This document shows positions 12,360 to 24,025 of a stretch of 64,000 nt of DNA, piece after piece. Under the pieces are notes generated by a model. The model searched no databases and was not told the origin of the DNA. It worked only from the letters and a program-made list of their open reading frames with translations. A program made the position numbers and the translations under genes. Origin of the DNA: Nemertoderma westbladi (lineage: Eukaryota > Animalia > Xenacoelomorpha); NCBI GenBank assembly GCA_032718475.1, contig JAUCBJ010003176.1, positions 1 to 64,000 of the forward strand, read 5' to 3'. Position 1 is the stretch's first letter. Every line of letters begins with the position of its first letter.

Positions 12360-14200
12360 AATAGAGTAGGTAGAAGTTAGGTAGTAAGAGTTAGTTAGTT
12401 AGTCAGTTAGTTAGTTAGTTAAAGAGGGTACGTAAGTACCGCTAGTTAGAGAGTTAGTAGGTACGTAGTACCTAATCAGAGTTAGAGTTAGTAGGTACGT
12501 AGTACCTAGAGTTAGAGAGTTAGTAGGTACGTAGTACCTAGAGTTAGTTAGAGTTAGTAGGTACGTAGTACCTAATCAGAGTTAGAGTTAGTAGGTACGT
12601 AGTACCTAGAGTTAGTTAGAGTTAGTAGGTACGTAGTACCTAATCAGAGTTAGAGTTAGTAGGTACGTAGTACCTAGAGTTAGAGAGTTAGTAGGTACGT
12701 AGTACCTAGAGTTAGTTAGAGTTAGTAGGTACGTAGTACCTAGAGTTAGTTAGAGTTAGTAGGAGGGTACGTGTAGTACCGTTAGTAGAAGAGTTAGTAG
12801 GAGGGTACGTGTAGTACCGTTAGTAGAAGAGAGTTAGAGGGTACGTAAGTACCGCTAGTTAGTTAGAGATAGAGGGTACGTAAGTACCGCTAGTTAGTTA
12901 GAGTTAGAGGGTACGTAGTACCGATAGTTAGAGAGTTAGAGGGTACGTAGTACCGTTAGAGAGTAGGAGTTAAGGGGTACGTAGTACCGTTAGAGAGTTA
13001 ATAGGAGTTAGAGGGTACGTAAGTACCGATTAGAGAGTAAGAGTTAGAGGGTACGTAGTACCGTTAGTTAGTGGAGTTAGAGTAAGAGTTAGAGGGTACG
13101 CAGTACCGTTAGAGAGTAGGAGTTAAGGGGTACGTAGTACCGTTAGAGAGTTAGTAAGAGTAAGAGGGTACGTAGTACCGCTAGCTAGTAGAGAGAGCTA
13201 GAGTAGTAAGAGGGTACGTAGTACCGCTAGTTAGGGGTGTTAGTAGTAGCAGTAGAGGGTTGTGGGCACCGTAAGCGCCACGTAGTTAGAGTTAGTAGGG
13301 AATGCGCTGAACTTAGTGGGGCACGGGCGTGATGATGTGTGTGATGTAAGAGCAGGGTATGTTAATTAGAGTTAGTGGGAGTTAGAGGTTAGTAAGAGGG
13401 TACGTAGTAGTACCGGTTGTGGTTGTGGGCACCGTTAGCGCCACGTAGATAGAGGTAGAGTTAGTAAGAGGGTACGTAGTACCGGTTGTGGTTGTGGGCA
13501 CCGTTAGCGCCACGTAGAGAGTTAGTAGAGTTAGAAGGTGCCGTGCACAAGAGGTGCCGGGCACAAAAAGAGTTAGTAGAGTTAGAAGAGAGTTAGTAGA
13601 GTCAGTAGTAGTTCACATAATTAACGTACCCACTCTGCCGGCACTCAGAGCGTCACGTGTAGGCGATGAGACGTAAAGGGGATGTAGAGGAGTAGAGACG
13701 GGCACATAGGGTGCCAGAGAGTAGAAGAGTAGAGACGGGCACATAGGGTGCCAGGTAGTAGAGTAGAGTGTTAGAGGTAGTAGAGAGGGCACATAGGGTG
13801 CCAGGTAGTAGAGTAGAGCAGAGGGGGCACATAGGGTGCCAGGTAGTAGAGCTAGAGAGGTAGTTGAGTAGTAGAAGGGCACATAGGGTGCCAGATAGTA
13901 GAGTGGTTGTGGGCACCGCAAGCGCCACGTAGTTAGTAGAGCTAGTTAGTAGAGTTAGTAGAGCTAGTTAGTAGAGTTAGCAGAGCTAGTGGAGTAGAGT
14001 TAGTAGAGCTAGTTAGCAGAGTTGGTAGACTCAGAGGAGTCAAGTAGAGTTAGTAGAAGTAGAAAGTTAGTAGAGAGTTAGAGTCAGTAGAAAGTTAGAG
14101 GCTCTCAGTTAGAGCTAGAAGTAGTAAGAGTTAGTAGTTAGTAGAGTCAGATAGTTAGAGTTAGTGAGCAGTAAGTAGATAGTATGATAGCACAGGGGTA
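12360..14200 (+). repeat. Purine-rich irregular repeat region with arrays of short hairpins inside the LTR element
   Basis: About 25 GGTAC-loop-GTACC and 5 GGCAC-ATAGG-GTGCC units separated by C-poor AGAGTTAGT linkers. Confidence 0.9.
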
Positions 14201-14782
14201 GCATTAGAGATTAAAGCCTTAGGGAGTGACAAGAGAGTGGAGAGGTGATAGTGCGGAGTGCGGAGTGAGTGGTGTAAGTACTATAGTCATACAACCTTTC
14301 TCAATTAGCTACTGGGACTGGGGGGCTAAGTGACTATGGCACTAGGGGCAAGACGCCAGACGATTTCACATTTCCTGAGTGCGACGGCACGGAGGGGGGG
14401 TGAGATTCGTCAGAAGGGATAAGGTAGTCAAGGAGGGATGGAGTAATAGTGCGGAGTGCGAAGAGAGCGTGGGCGCAATTCAAGTGTGGGGGAGGAGAAG
14501 TGAGAGGAAGAGTGTGGGACGAGGAGGTCCGGGAGTATGCGAGAGTTGGAGTAGAGTGGTGAGAGTGTTGGGGAAACAAAAATTGTGTGAGAGAAGCGCA
14601 CGATCGGCCCGACACGAGACGCCAGAGGGTAGTGACATCATACCCATAGGGAGCGGCCTGGAAAGCCGACTCCGAAAAAAATATACCCACCCCACACCCG
14701 ATAATAGATCGGGATCCAGCGGAATTGTAGCGCACTTTAGTTGGATGCTATCTTCTTACCGGGAAGATAGCATGGGGGGGAG

Positions 14783-15332
14783 TGTTAGCTTATCCAATTC
14801 CGCTAACACAAACCCATAGAGTGAGCCATAAAGCAATATTGGGAGCACGAGGTTGATTACCAATCAACCTCGTGTCAGCCCAGTAAACGGGGACAATAGG
14901 CCCCAAAGGAGACACACACAATAAGGGTCAGGGGTTACTCCCCTGACAAGAGAGAGAACAGCAAGGGCGAAGGGAAGCACTTCAGAGGGGGGCAAAGGGT
15001 GCCAACAGGGGTATCAACCAATCAGAGGGGGGAAAGGCATCGATTGAGTAGCAATAAGGCCACCGTGCAATATAACCAGTTACCAGTAATCATACCGGTC
15101 AGTTATTCAGTTTACTCAGTCAGATCAGTAGGGTGGAACGGGGACTTCTGTCACCGTCCGCTACCGCCATTATATATTACCTATTGTGTCATACTATATT
15201 ATATCAACTGTCAGACTATTATACCTTTATACATATTACCCAACATCAGAACTCTTTTACCTTTCACACACGGCGGGGACGCGTGGGCAGAAAACCCAAA
15301 CGGATAAACCGGGATCCGTAGATCCCGTCACA
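14783..15332 (+). repeat. 3' LTR
   Basis: Direct repeat of 8015-8564, preceded by a polypurine tract at 14774-14782 and followed by TSD GAGCT. Confidence 0.96.
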
Positions 15333-16832
15333 GAGCTCGCTCGACCTAGTACTAGTATTTTGTATAGGATCCCATTTCCACTATCCGAGCGCGCTGGACC
15401 TAGTACTAGTATTTTGTATAAGATCCCATTTCCTCTGTCCGAGCTCGCTCGACATAGTACTAGTATTTTGTATAAGATCCCATTTCCTCTGTCCGAGCTC
15501 GCTCGACCTAGTACTAGTATTTTGTATAAGATCCCATTTCCTCTGTCCGAGCTCGCTCGACATAGTACTAGTATTTTGTATAAGATCCCATTTCCTCTGT
15601 CCGAGCTCGCTCGACCTAGTACTAGTATTTTGTATAAGATCCCATTTCCTCTGTCCGAGCTCGCTCGACATAGTACTAGTATTTTGTATAAGATCCCATT
15701 TCCACTGTCCGAGCTCGCTGGACCTAGTACTAGTATTTTGTATAAGATCCCATTTCCACTGTCCGAGCTCGCTCGACCTAGTACTAGTATTTTGTATAGA
15801 TCCCATTTCCACTGTCCGAGCTCGCTCGACCTAGTACTAGTATTTTGTATAAGATCCCATTTCCACTGTCCGAGCTCGCTGGACCTAGTACTAGTATTTT
15901 GTATAAGATCCCATTTCCACTGTCCGAGCTCGCTCGACATAGTACTAGTATTTTGTATAAGATCCCATTTCCTCTGTCCGAGCTCGCTCGACCTAGTACT
16001 AGTATTTTGTATAAGATCCCATTTCCACTGTCCGAGCTCGCTTGACCTAGTACTAGTATTTTGTATAAGATCCCATTTCCTCTGTCCGAGCTCGCTCGAC
16101 ATAGTACTAGTATTTTGTATAAGATCCCATTTCCTCTGTCCGAGCTCGCTCGACATAGTACTAGTATTTTGTATAAGATCCCATTTCCTCTGTCCGAGCT
16201 CGCTCGACCTAGTACTAGTATTTTGTATAAGATCCCATTTCCACTGTCCGAGCTCGCTCGACCCAGTACTGTTAGTATTTTGTATAAGATCCCATTTCCA
16301 CTGTCCGAGCTCGCTCGACCCAGTACTGTTAGTATTTTGTATAAGATCCCATTTCCACTGTCCGAGCTCGCTCGACCCAGTACTGTTAGTATTTTGTATA
16401 AGATTCCATTTCCTCTGTCCGAGCTCGCTGGACCTAGTACTAGTATTTTGTATAAGATCCCATTTCCACTGTCCGAGCTCGCTCGACATAGTACTAGTAT
16501 TTTGTATAAGATCCCATTTCCTCTGTCCGAGCTCGCTCGACCTAGTACTAGTATTTTGTATAAGATCCCATTTCCACTGTCCGAGCTCGCTTGACCTAGT
16601 ACTAGTATTTTGTATAAGATCCCATTTCCTCTGTCCGAGCTCGCTCGACATAGTACTAGTATTTTGTATAAGATCCCATTTCCTCTGTCCGAGCTCGCTC
16701 GACATAGTACTAGTATTTTGTATAAGATCCCATTTCCACTGTCCGAGCTCGCTCGACCTAGTACTAGTATTTTGTATAGATCCCATTTCCACTGTCCGAG
16801 CTCGCTCGACCTAGTACTAGTATTTTGTATAG
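15333..16832. repeat. 54-bp satellite, right part
   Basis: Same unit as 4935-8014, resuming in register after the TSD. Confidence 0.97.
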
Positions 16833-16867
16833 AAATCTCACCTCTACATCGGTTTACCGAGATTAAC

Positions 16868-17340
16868 AAGAGGACCATTACCCGAAATCTATTTTTTATT
16901 TATTTTTAAAACTACTTTTCTGAAACTTTAACTCAATGATCTGTGATCTTTTTTTATGAAAAACTAAGTATGGATGGCTTCGTAAACCATTATGTTCGAA
17001 AAATATAATACACCTTTTGTGCAGGTCGGTTCTTTTCTAAAATTGAATGCATTTTTATGTTATTTTTATAAAATATTTCATGTTAATATTAAGGATCTGT
17101 AATACCTCCTGCGTTGAAGTTATCGGTCCAAGACTTTGGCAAAATGGACCTACAGTAGATAAATGTAGGCAATCTGATGTGAAAATTTCAGTAAAAAATT
17201 ATAGTTATGGAAATATTTATGGGGGTTTTAGTATGTTCGCGTTCGGGCTATGTTTTGGGGATCATATGTTTTGAGTAGACAAAGAGTAGCAGGTGAAATA
17301 TCGTAAATTATCGAAAATTTAACTTAAATGTAATAGAAAC
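16868..17340 (+). mobile_element. Old dispersed DNA-transposon/MITE fragment, copy 1
   Basis: Diverged reverse-complement match to about 36400-36836 (e.g. CAATGATCTGTGATCTTTTTTT, GCTTCGTAAACCATT). Boundaries approximate. Confidence 0.6.
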
Positions 17341-17496
17341 AGACACGCACGTACAGTATCCCCCAAAATAAATTTCTAACTTCATTTATACTTAGGCAAA
17401 AAATAGAAAATACATATATGTGGTTCTACAGTACATTACATGAATAATATAGTATACTGTGTATATTATATCGAATGAAAGTTATTTCCTATGATA

Positions 17497-20400
17497 ATGA
17501 TAAACTGGCAGTTATATTGGAAATATGTGGTTCCATGATAAACTGGCAGTTATATTGGAAATATGTGGTTCTATGATAAACTGGCAGTTATATTGGAAAT
17601 ATGTGGTTCTATGATAAACTGGCAGTTATATTGGAAATATGTGGTTCCATGATAAACTGGCAGTTATATTGGAAATATGTGGTTCTATGATAAACTGGCA
17701 GTTATATTGGAAATATGTGGTTCTATGATAAACTGGCAGTTATATTGGAAATATGTGGTTCTATGATAAACTGGCAGTTATATTGGAAATATGTGGTTCC
17801 ATGATAAACTGGCAGTTATATTGGAAATATGTGGTTCTATGATAAACTGGCAGTTATATTGGAAATATGTGGTTCTATGATAAACTGGCAGTTATATTGG
17901 AAATATGTGGTTCTATGATAAACTGGCAGTTATATTGGAAATATGTGGTTCTATGATAAACTGGCAGTTATATTGGAAATATGTGGTTCTATGATAAACT
18001 GGCAGTTATATTGGAAATATGTGGTTCTATGATAAACTGGCAGTTATATTGGAAATATGTGGTTCTATGATAAACTGGCAGTTATATTGGAAATATGTGG
18101 TTCTATGATAAACTGGCAGTTATATTGGAAATATGTGGTTCCATGATAAACTGGCAGTTATATTGGAAATATGTGGTTCTATGATAAACTGGCAGTTATA
18201 TTGGAAATATGTGGTTCTATGATAAACTGGCAGTTATATTGGAAATATGTGGTTCTATGATAAACTGGCAGTTATATTGGAAATATGTGGTTCTATGATA
18301 AACTGGCAGTTATATTGGAAATATGTGGTTCCATGATAAACTGGCAGTTATATTGGAAATATGTGGTTCTATGATAAACTGGCAGTTATATTGGAAATAT
18401 GTGGTTCTATGATAAACTGGCAGTTATATTGGAAATATGTGGTTCTATGATAAACTGGCAGTTATATTGGAAATATGTGGTTCTATGATAAACTGGCAGT
18501 TATATTGGAAATATGTGGTTCTATGATAAACTGGCAGTTATATTGGAAATATGTGGTTCTATGATAAACTGGCAGTTATATTGGAAATATGTGGTTCTAT
18601 GATAAACTGGCAGTTATATTGGAAATATGTGGTTCTATGATAAACTGGCAGTTATATTGGAAATATGTGGTTCTATGATAAACTGGCAGTTATATTGGAA
18701 ATATGTGGTTCTATGATAAACTGGCAGTTATATTGGAAATATGTGGTTCTATGATAAACTGGCAGTTATATTGGAAATATGTGGTTCTATGATAAACTGG
18801 CAGTTATATTGGAAATATGTGGTTCTATGATAAACTGGCAGTTATATTGGAAATATGTGGTTCTATGATAAACTGGCAGTTATATTGGAAATATGTGGTT
18901 CTATGATAAACTGGCAGTTATATTGGAAATATGTGGTTCTATGATAAACTGGCAGTTATATTGGAAATATGTGGTTCTATGATAAACTGGCAGTTATATT
19001 GGAAATATGTGGTTCTATGATAAACTGGCAGTTATATTGGAAATATGTGGTTCCATGATAAACTGGCAGTTATATTGGAAATATGTGGTTCTATGATAAA
19101 CTGGCAGTTATATTGGAAATATGTGGTTCTATGATAAACTGGCAGTTATATTGGAAATATGTGGTTCTATGATAAACTGGCAGTTATATTGGAAATATGT
19201 GGTTCTATGATAAACTGGCAGTTATATTGGAAATATGTGGTTCTATGATAAACTGGCAGTTATATTGGAAATATGTGGTTCTATGATAAACTGGCAGTTA
19301 TATTGGAAATATGTGGTTCTATGATAAACTGGCAGTTATATTGGAAATATGTGGTTCTATGATAAACTGGCAGTTATATTGGAAATATGTGGTTCTATGA
19401 TAAACTGGCAGTTATATTGGAAATATGTGGTTCTATGATAAACTGGCAGTTATTTTGGAAATATGTGGTTCCATGATAAACTGGCAGTTATATTGGAAAT
19501 ATGTGGTTCCATGATAAACTGGCAGTTATATTGGAAATATGTGGTTCTATGATAAACTGGCAGTTATATTGGAAATATGTGGTTCTATGATAAACTGGCA
19601 GTTATATTGGAAATATGTGGTTCTATGATAAACTGGCAGTTATATTGGAAATATGTGGTTCTATGATAAACTGGCAGTTATATTGGAAATATGTGGTTCT
19701 ATGATAAACTGGCAGTTATATTGGAAATATGTGGTTCTATGATAAACTGGCAGTTATATTGGAAATATGTGGTTCCATGATAAACTGGCAGTTATATTGG
19801 AAATATGTGGTTCTATGATAAACTGGCAGTTATATTGGAAATATGTGGTTCTATGATAAACTGGCAGTTATATTGGAAATATGTGGTTCTATGATAAACT
19901 GGCAGTTATATTGGAAATATGTGGTTCTATGATAAACTGGCAGTTATATTGGAAATATGTGGTTCCATGATAAACTGGCAGTTATATTGGAAATATGTGG
20001 TTCTATGATAAACTGGCAGTTATATTGGAAATATGTGGTTCTATGATAAACTGGCAGTTATATTGGAAATATGTGGTTCTATGATAAACTGGCAGTTATA
20101 TTGGAAATATGTGGTTCTATGATAAACTGGCAGTTATATTGGAAATATGTGGTTCTATGATAAACTGGCAGTTATATTGGAAATATGTGGTTCCATGATA
20201 AACTGGCAGTTATATTGGAAATATGTGGTTCTATGATAAACTGGCAGTTATATTGGAAATATGTGGTTCTATGATAAACTGGCAGTTATATTGGAAATAT
20301 GTGGTTCTATGATAAACTGGCAGTTATATTGGAAATATGTGGTTCTATGATAAACTGGCAGTTATATTGGAAATATGTGGTTCTATGATAAACTGGCAGT

Positions 20401-21238
20401 TATATTGGAAATATGTGGTTCTATGATAAACTGGCAGTTATATTGGAAATATGTGGTTCTATGATAAACTGGCAGTTATATTGGAAATATGTGGTTCTAT
20501 GATAAACTGGCAGTTATATTGGAAATATGTGGTTCTATGATAAACTGGCAGTTATATTGGAAATATGTGGTTCTATGATAAACTGGCAGTTATATTGGAA
20601 ATATGTGGTTCCATGATAAACTGGCAGTTATATTGGAAATATGTGGTTCTATGATAAACTGGCAGTTATATTGGAAATATGTGGTTCTATGATAAACTGG
20701 CAGTTATATTGGAAATATGTGGTTCCATGATAAACTGGCAGTTATATTGGAAATATGTGGTTCTATGATAAACTGGCAGTTATATTGGAAATATGTGGTT
20801 CTATGATAAACTGGCAGTTATTTTGGAAATATGTGGTTCCATGATAAACTGGCAGTTATATTGGAAATATGTGGTTCTATGATAAACTGGCAGTTATATT
20901 GGAAATATGTGGTTCTATGATAAACTGGCAGTTATATTGGAAATATGTGGTTCTATGATAAACTGGCAGTTATATTGGAAATATGTGGTTCTATGATAAA
21001 CTGGCAGTTATATTGGAAATATGTGGTTCCATGATAAACTGGCAGTTATATTGGAAATATGTGGTTCTATGATAAACTGGCAGTTATATTGGAAATATGT
21101 GGTTCTATGATAAACTGGCAGTTATATTGGAAATATGTGGTTCTATGATAAACTGGCAGTTATATTGGAAATATGTGGTTCTATGATAAACTGGCAGTTA
21201 TTTTGGAAATATGTGGTTCTATGGTAAATTGGCAGTTA
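17497..21238. repeat. 38-bp satellite, highly homogeneous
   Basis: Unit ATGATAAACTGGCAGTTATATTGGAAATATGTGGTTCT, roughly 98 copies, mainly one T/C variant. Confidence 0.98.
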
Positions 21239-21585
21239 GGGTAAATCTGTGGTTCAATTTTAACTGGCAGTTATTTTGTAAACTGGAGTTATATTTTACA
21301 TATGCAATTTAACAGTAAACGGCCATATTATCATTTCGATAAAACCGGGAGTTTAATTATTTTGTTTCGAAAAACCCCCACTTTTTTTATCTATAATTTT
21401 AAATTATTTTGTATCTTTTTAAAACCCCCGGTTTAAAAATTAACCACCATTTCAAAATTATAACATGGGTTTAAAAAACAGGACCCGGGGTTTTTTAAAG
21501 AACCCGGGTTGTGTTTTTTCAGTGTAGCTATTAATGTCTCTGTTTTTCTCGTATAACGTCGGATATTATATGTATTATTTTCTAG

Positions 21586-21748
21586 TATTATCAATGGGTT
21601 TGCCTTACCGTTGAAACAGGAACACAAAGTGTTTCTAACAAAGGTGCTACTACCGTTACATACACCACGATGTTTGGGACTCTATCACGCGCAACTGGCT
21701 TACTGTATGGTTCAGTTTATCGAGAAAGACGCCTCTCTTACAGAGCCG
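21586..21748 (+). CDS. PPP2R5: PP2A B56 exon D
   Basis: ttttctag|T...CCG|gtaagt, 163 nt. [54 protein letters not shown]. Confidence 0.97.
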
Positions 21749-22244
21749 GTAAGTCAGTCTTTTGTATATTAATTCATAGTTTATTAAATAAATATTAAGT
21801 AGTTTCAACGAAATGAAATCACCGACCACGAAACCCCGACCGGAAGATTATATTTATGTAATATCCATGCATCATCGTTAATTGAAAGACAAACGGACAG
21901 ACCGACAAATAGACGGACAGGCAGAGGGTGTCTATTCAATAAAATGTTAAAACTGACACTGGAAATGAAATCACCGACCAAGAACACCTGCAAATTGAAT
22001 AATCTAGACAATCTAGGTAATATGTATCCATATTTTTTGGCACAAACAAACAGACCGACCAACACGCGCATACAGACATACAACGTCTATATTCCATCAA
22101 AAGTTAAAACTGAGATCGAGAATGAATTTATCGACCACGGACGCAACATTTAGCAGCGTGTTTCTTTATTTTATGGAGAAATTTGAATAATCCCTCATTT
22201 TCTATAGAAAATAACGGTAAAGTTTGAAAATATTTTGCGAGCTT

Positions 22245-23369
22245 CAGCGTGGTACACTTTTTGTCAGCTTGGACGGGAAACCGTTAACACACTGCGTGGT
22301 ACACTTATTGTCAGCTTGGACGGGAAACGGTTAACACTCAGCGTGGTACACTTATTGTCAGCTTGGAGGGAAACGGTTAACACTCAGCGTGGTACACTTA
22401 TTGTCAGCTTGGACGGGAAACGGTTAACACTCTGCGTGGTACACTTATTGTCAGCTTGGACGGGAAACGGTTAACACTCAGCGTGGTACACGTATTGTCA
22501 GCTTGGACGGGAAACGGTTAACACTCAGCGTGGTACACTTATTGTCAGCTTGGAGGGAAACGGTTAACACTCAACGTGGTACACTTATTGTCAGCTTGGA
22601 TGGGCAACGGTTAACACTCAGCGTGGTACACTTATTGTCAGCTTGGTTGGGAAACGGTTAACACTCAGCGTGGTACACTTATTGTCAGCTTGGACGGGAA
22701 ACGGTTAACACTCAACGTGGTACACTTATTGTCAGCTTGGATGGGCAACGGTTAACACTCAGCGTGGTACACTTATTGTCAGCTTGGACGGGAAACGGTT
22801 AACACTCAGCGTGGTACACTTATTGTCAGCTTGGAGGGAAACGGTTAACACTCAGCGTGGTACACTTATTGTCAGCTTGGACGGGAAACGGTTAACACTC
22901 AGCGTGGTACACTTATTGTCAGCTTGGTTGGGAAACGGTTAACACTCAGCGTGGTACACTTATTGTCAGCTTGGACGGGAAACGGTTAACACTCAACGTG
23001 GTACACTTATTGTCAGCTTGGATGGGCAACGGTTAACACTCAGCGTGGTACACTTATTGTCAGCTTGGTTGGGAAACGGTTAACACTCAGCGTGGTACAC
23101 TTATTGTCAGCTTGGACGGGAAACGGTTAACACTCAACGTGGTACACTTATTGTCAGCTTGGATGGGCAACGGTTAACACTCAGCGTGGTACACTTATTG
23201 TCAGCTTGGACGGGAAACGGTTAACACTCAGCGTGGTACACTTATTGTCAGCTTGGACGGGAAACGGTTAACACTCAGCGTGGTACACTTATTGTCAGCT
23301 TGGACGGGAAACGGTTAACACTTAGCGTGGTACACTTATTGTCAGCTTGGACGGGAAACGGTTAACACT
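22245..23369. repeat. 47-bp minisatellite
   Basis: Unit CAGCGTGGTACACTTATTGTCAGCTTGGACGGGAAACGGTTAACACT, about 24 copies. Confidence 0.97.
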
Positions 23370-23848
23370 TTTTTATAAAATTATGGATTGATTGGTTAAC
23401 GAAAATCCCTAAGTATCACTTTTGATAACAATTTTTTCACAATCTAGGACGACGGTGGATACCAATTTATTTTTCATACCATTTCAGCGCCAGATTCTCA
23501 ATAAAAAGAGCCATAACATGGTGCAATAGGCCTGGTTATAGTGACATAGTTTGTAAGAATTGATTATATTTCGACTATTTTTCTGACCACTTTGTGATTT
23601 TGAACTAAGTATTCCTGAATTCCTTCTGTATTCCTGTTTTTTTTTGGCTAGACCTAAAAATTACACAATTATTTGTCAAGTCAATGTGTTAGAAAATATA
23701 ATATTATTTATTGTATTTAGGAAATAACACAAAGAAATATTATTGTTTCTAGGTAACTTGGCAAAACAATAAACTCATTTGATTACTACAATATCGCACT
23801 ACACAATAAATCTATCGAGCAGTTACTGATATTTTCTTATTTCCCAAG

Positions 23849-24019
23849 GTGGTTTCCCGGTTACTCAAATATTGGCCTAAAACATGTAGTCAAAAAGAAA
23901 TAATGTATCTCGGTGAGATTGAGGAGATATTGGATGTGATAGACCCACAGCAGTTCCAGAGCATTATGGTTCCATTGTTCCGACAGATATCCAGATGCGT
24001 CAGCAGCTCGCATTTCCAG
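23849..24019 (+). CDS. PPP2R5: PP2A B56 exon E
   Basis: ttcccaag|GTG...CAG|gtttgt, 171 nt. [57 protein letters not shown]. Confidence 0.97.
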
Positions 24020-24025
24020 GTTTGT

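Larger units (their letters stand above)
8015..15332 (+). mobile_element. Non-autonomous, gag-only LTR retrotransposon (BEL/Pao-like)
   Basis: Two 550-bp LTRs (TG...CA) in which I see no differences; 5-bp TSD GAGCT (8010-8014, 15333-15337); purine tract GGGGGGGAG just before the 3' LTR; Gag-type zinc knuckles; no protease, RT, RNase H or integrase motifs. Confidence 0.93.

Noticed and set aside
12426-13935. CRISPR-like look (palindromic repeat plus variable spacers)
   Set aside because: Spacers are low-complexity and related to one another, repeats are only about 13 nt, there are no cas genes and the context is a eukaryotic LTR element. The head-to-tail satellites elsewhere have no spacers at all.
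12024-14819. ORFs 12024-12335 and 14379-14819 as pol or env remnants
   Set aside because: No protease D(S/T)G, RT YxDD, RNase H, integrase HHCC/DDE or transmembrane signature is recognisable.
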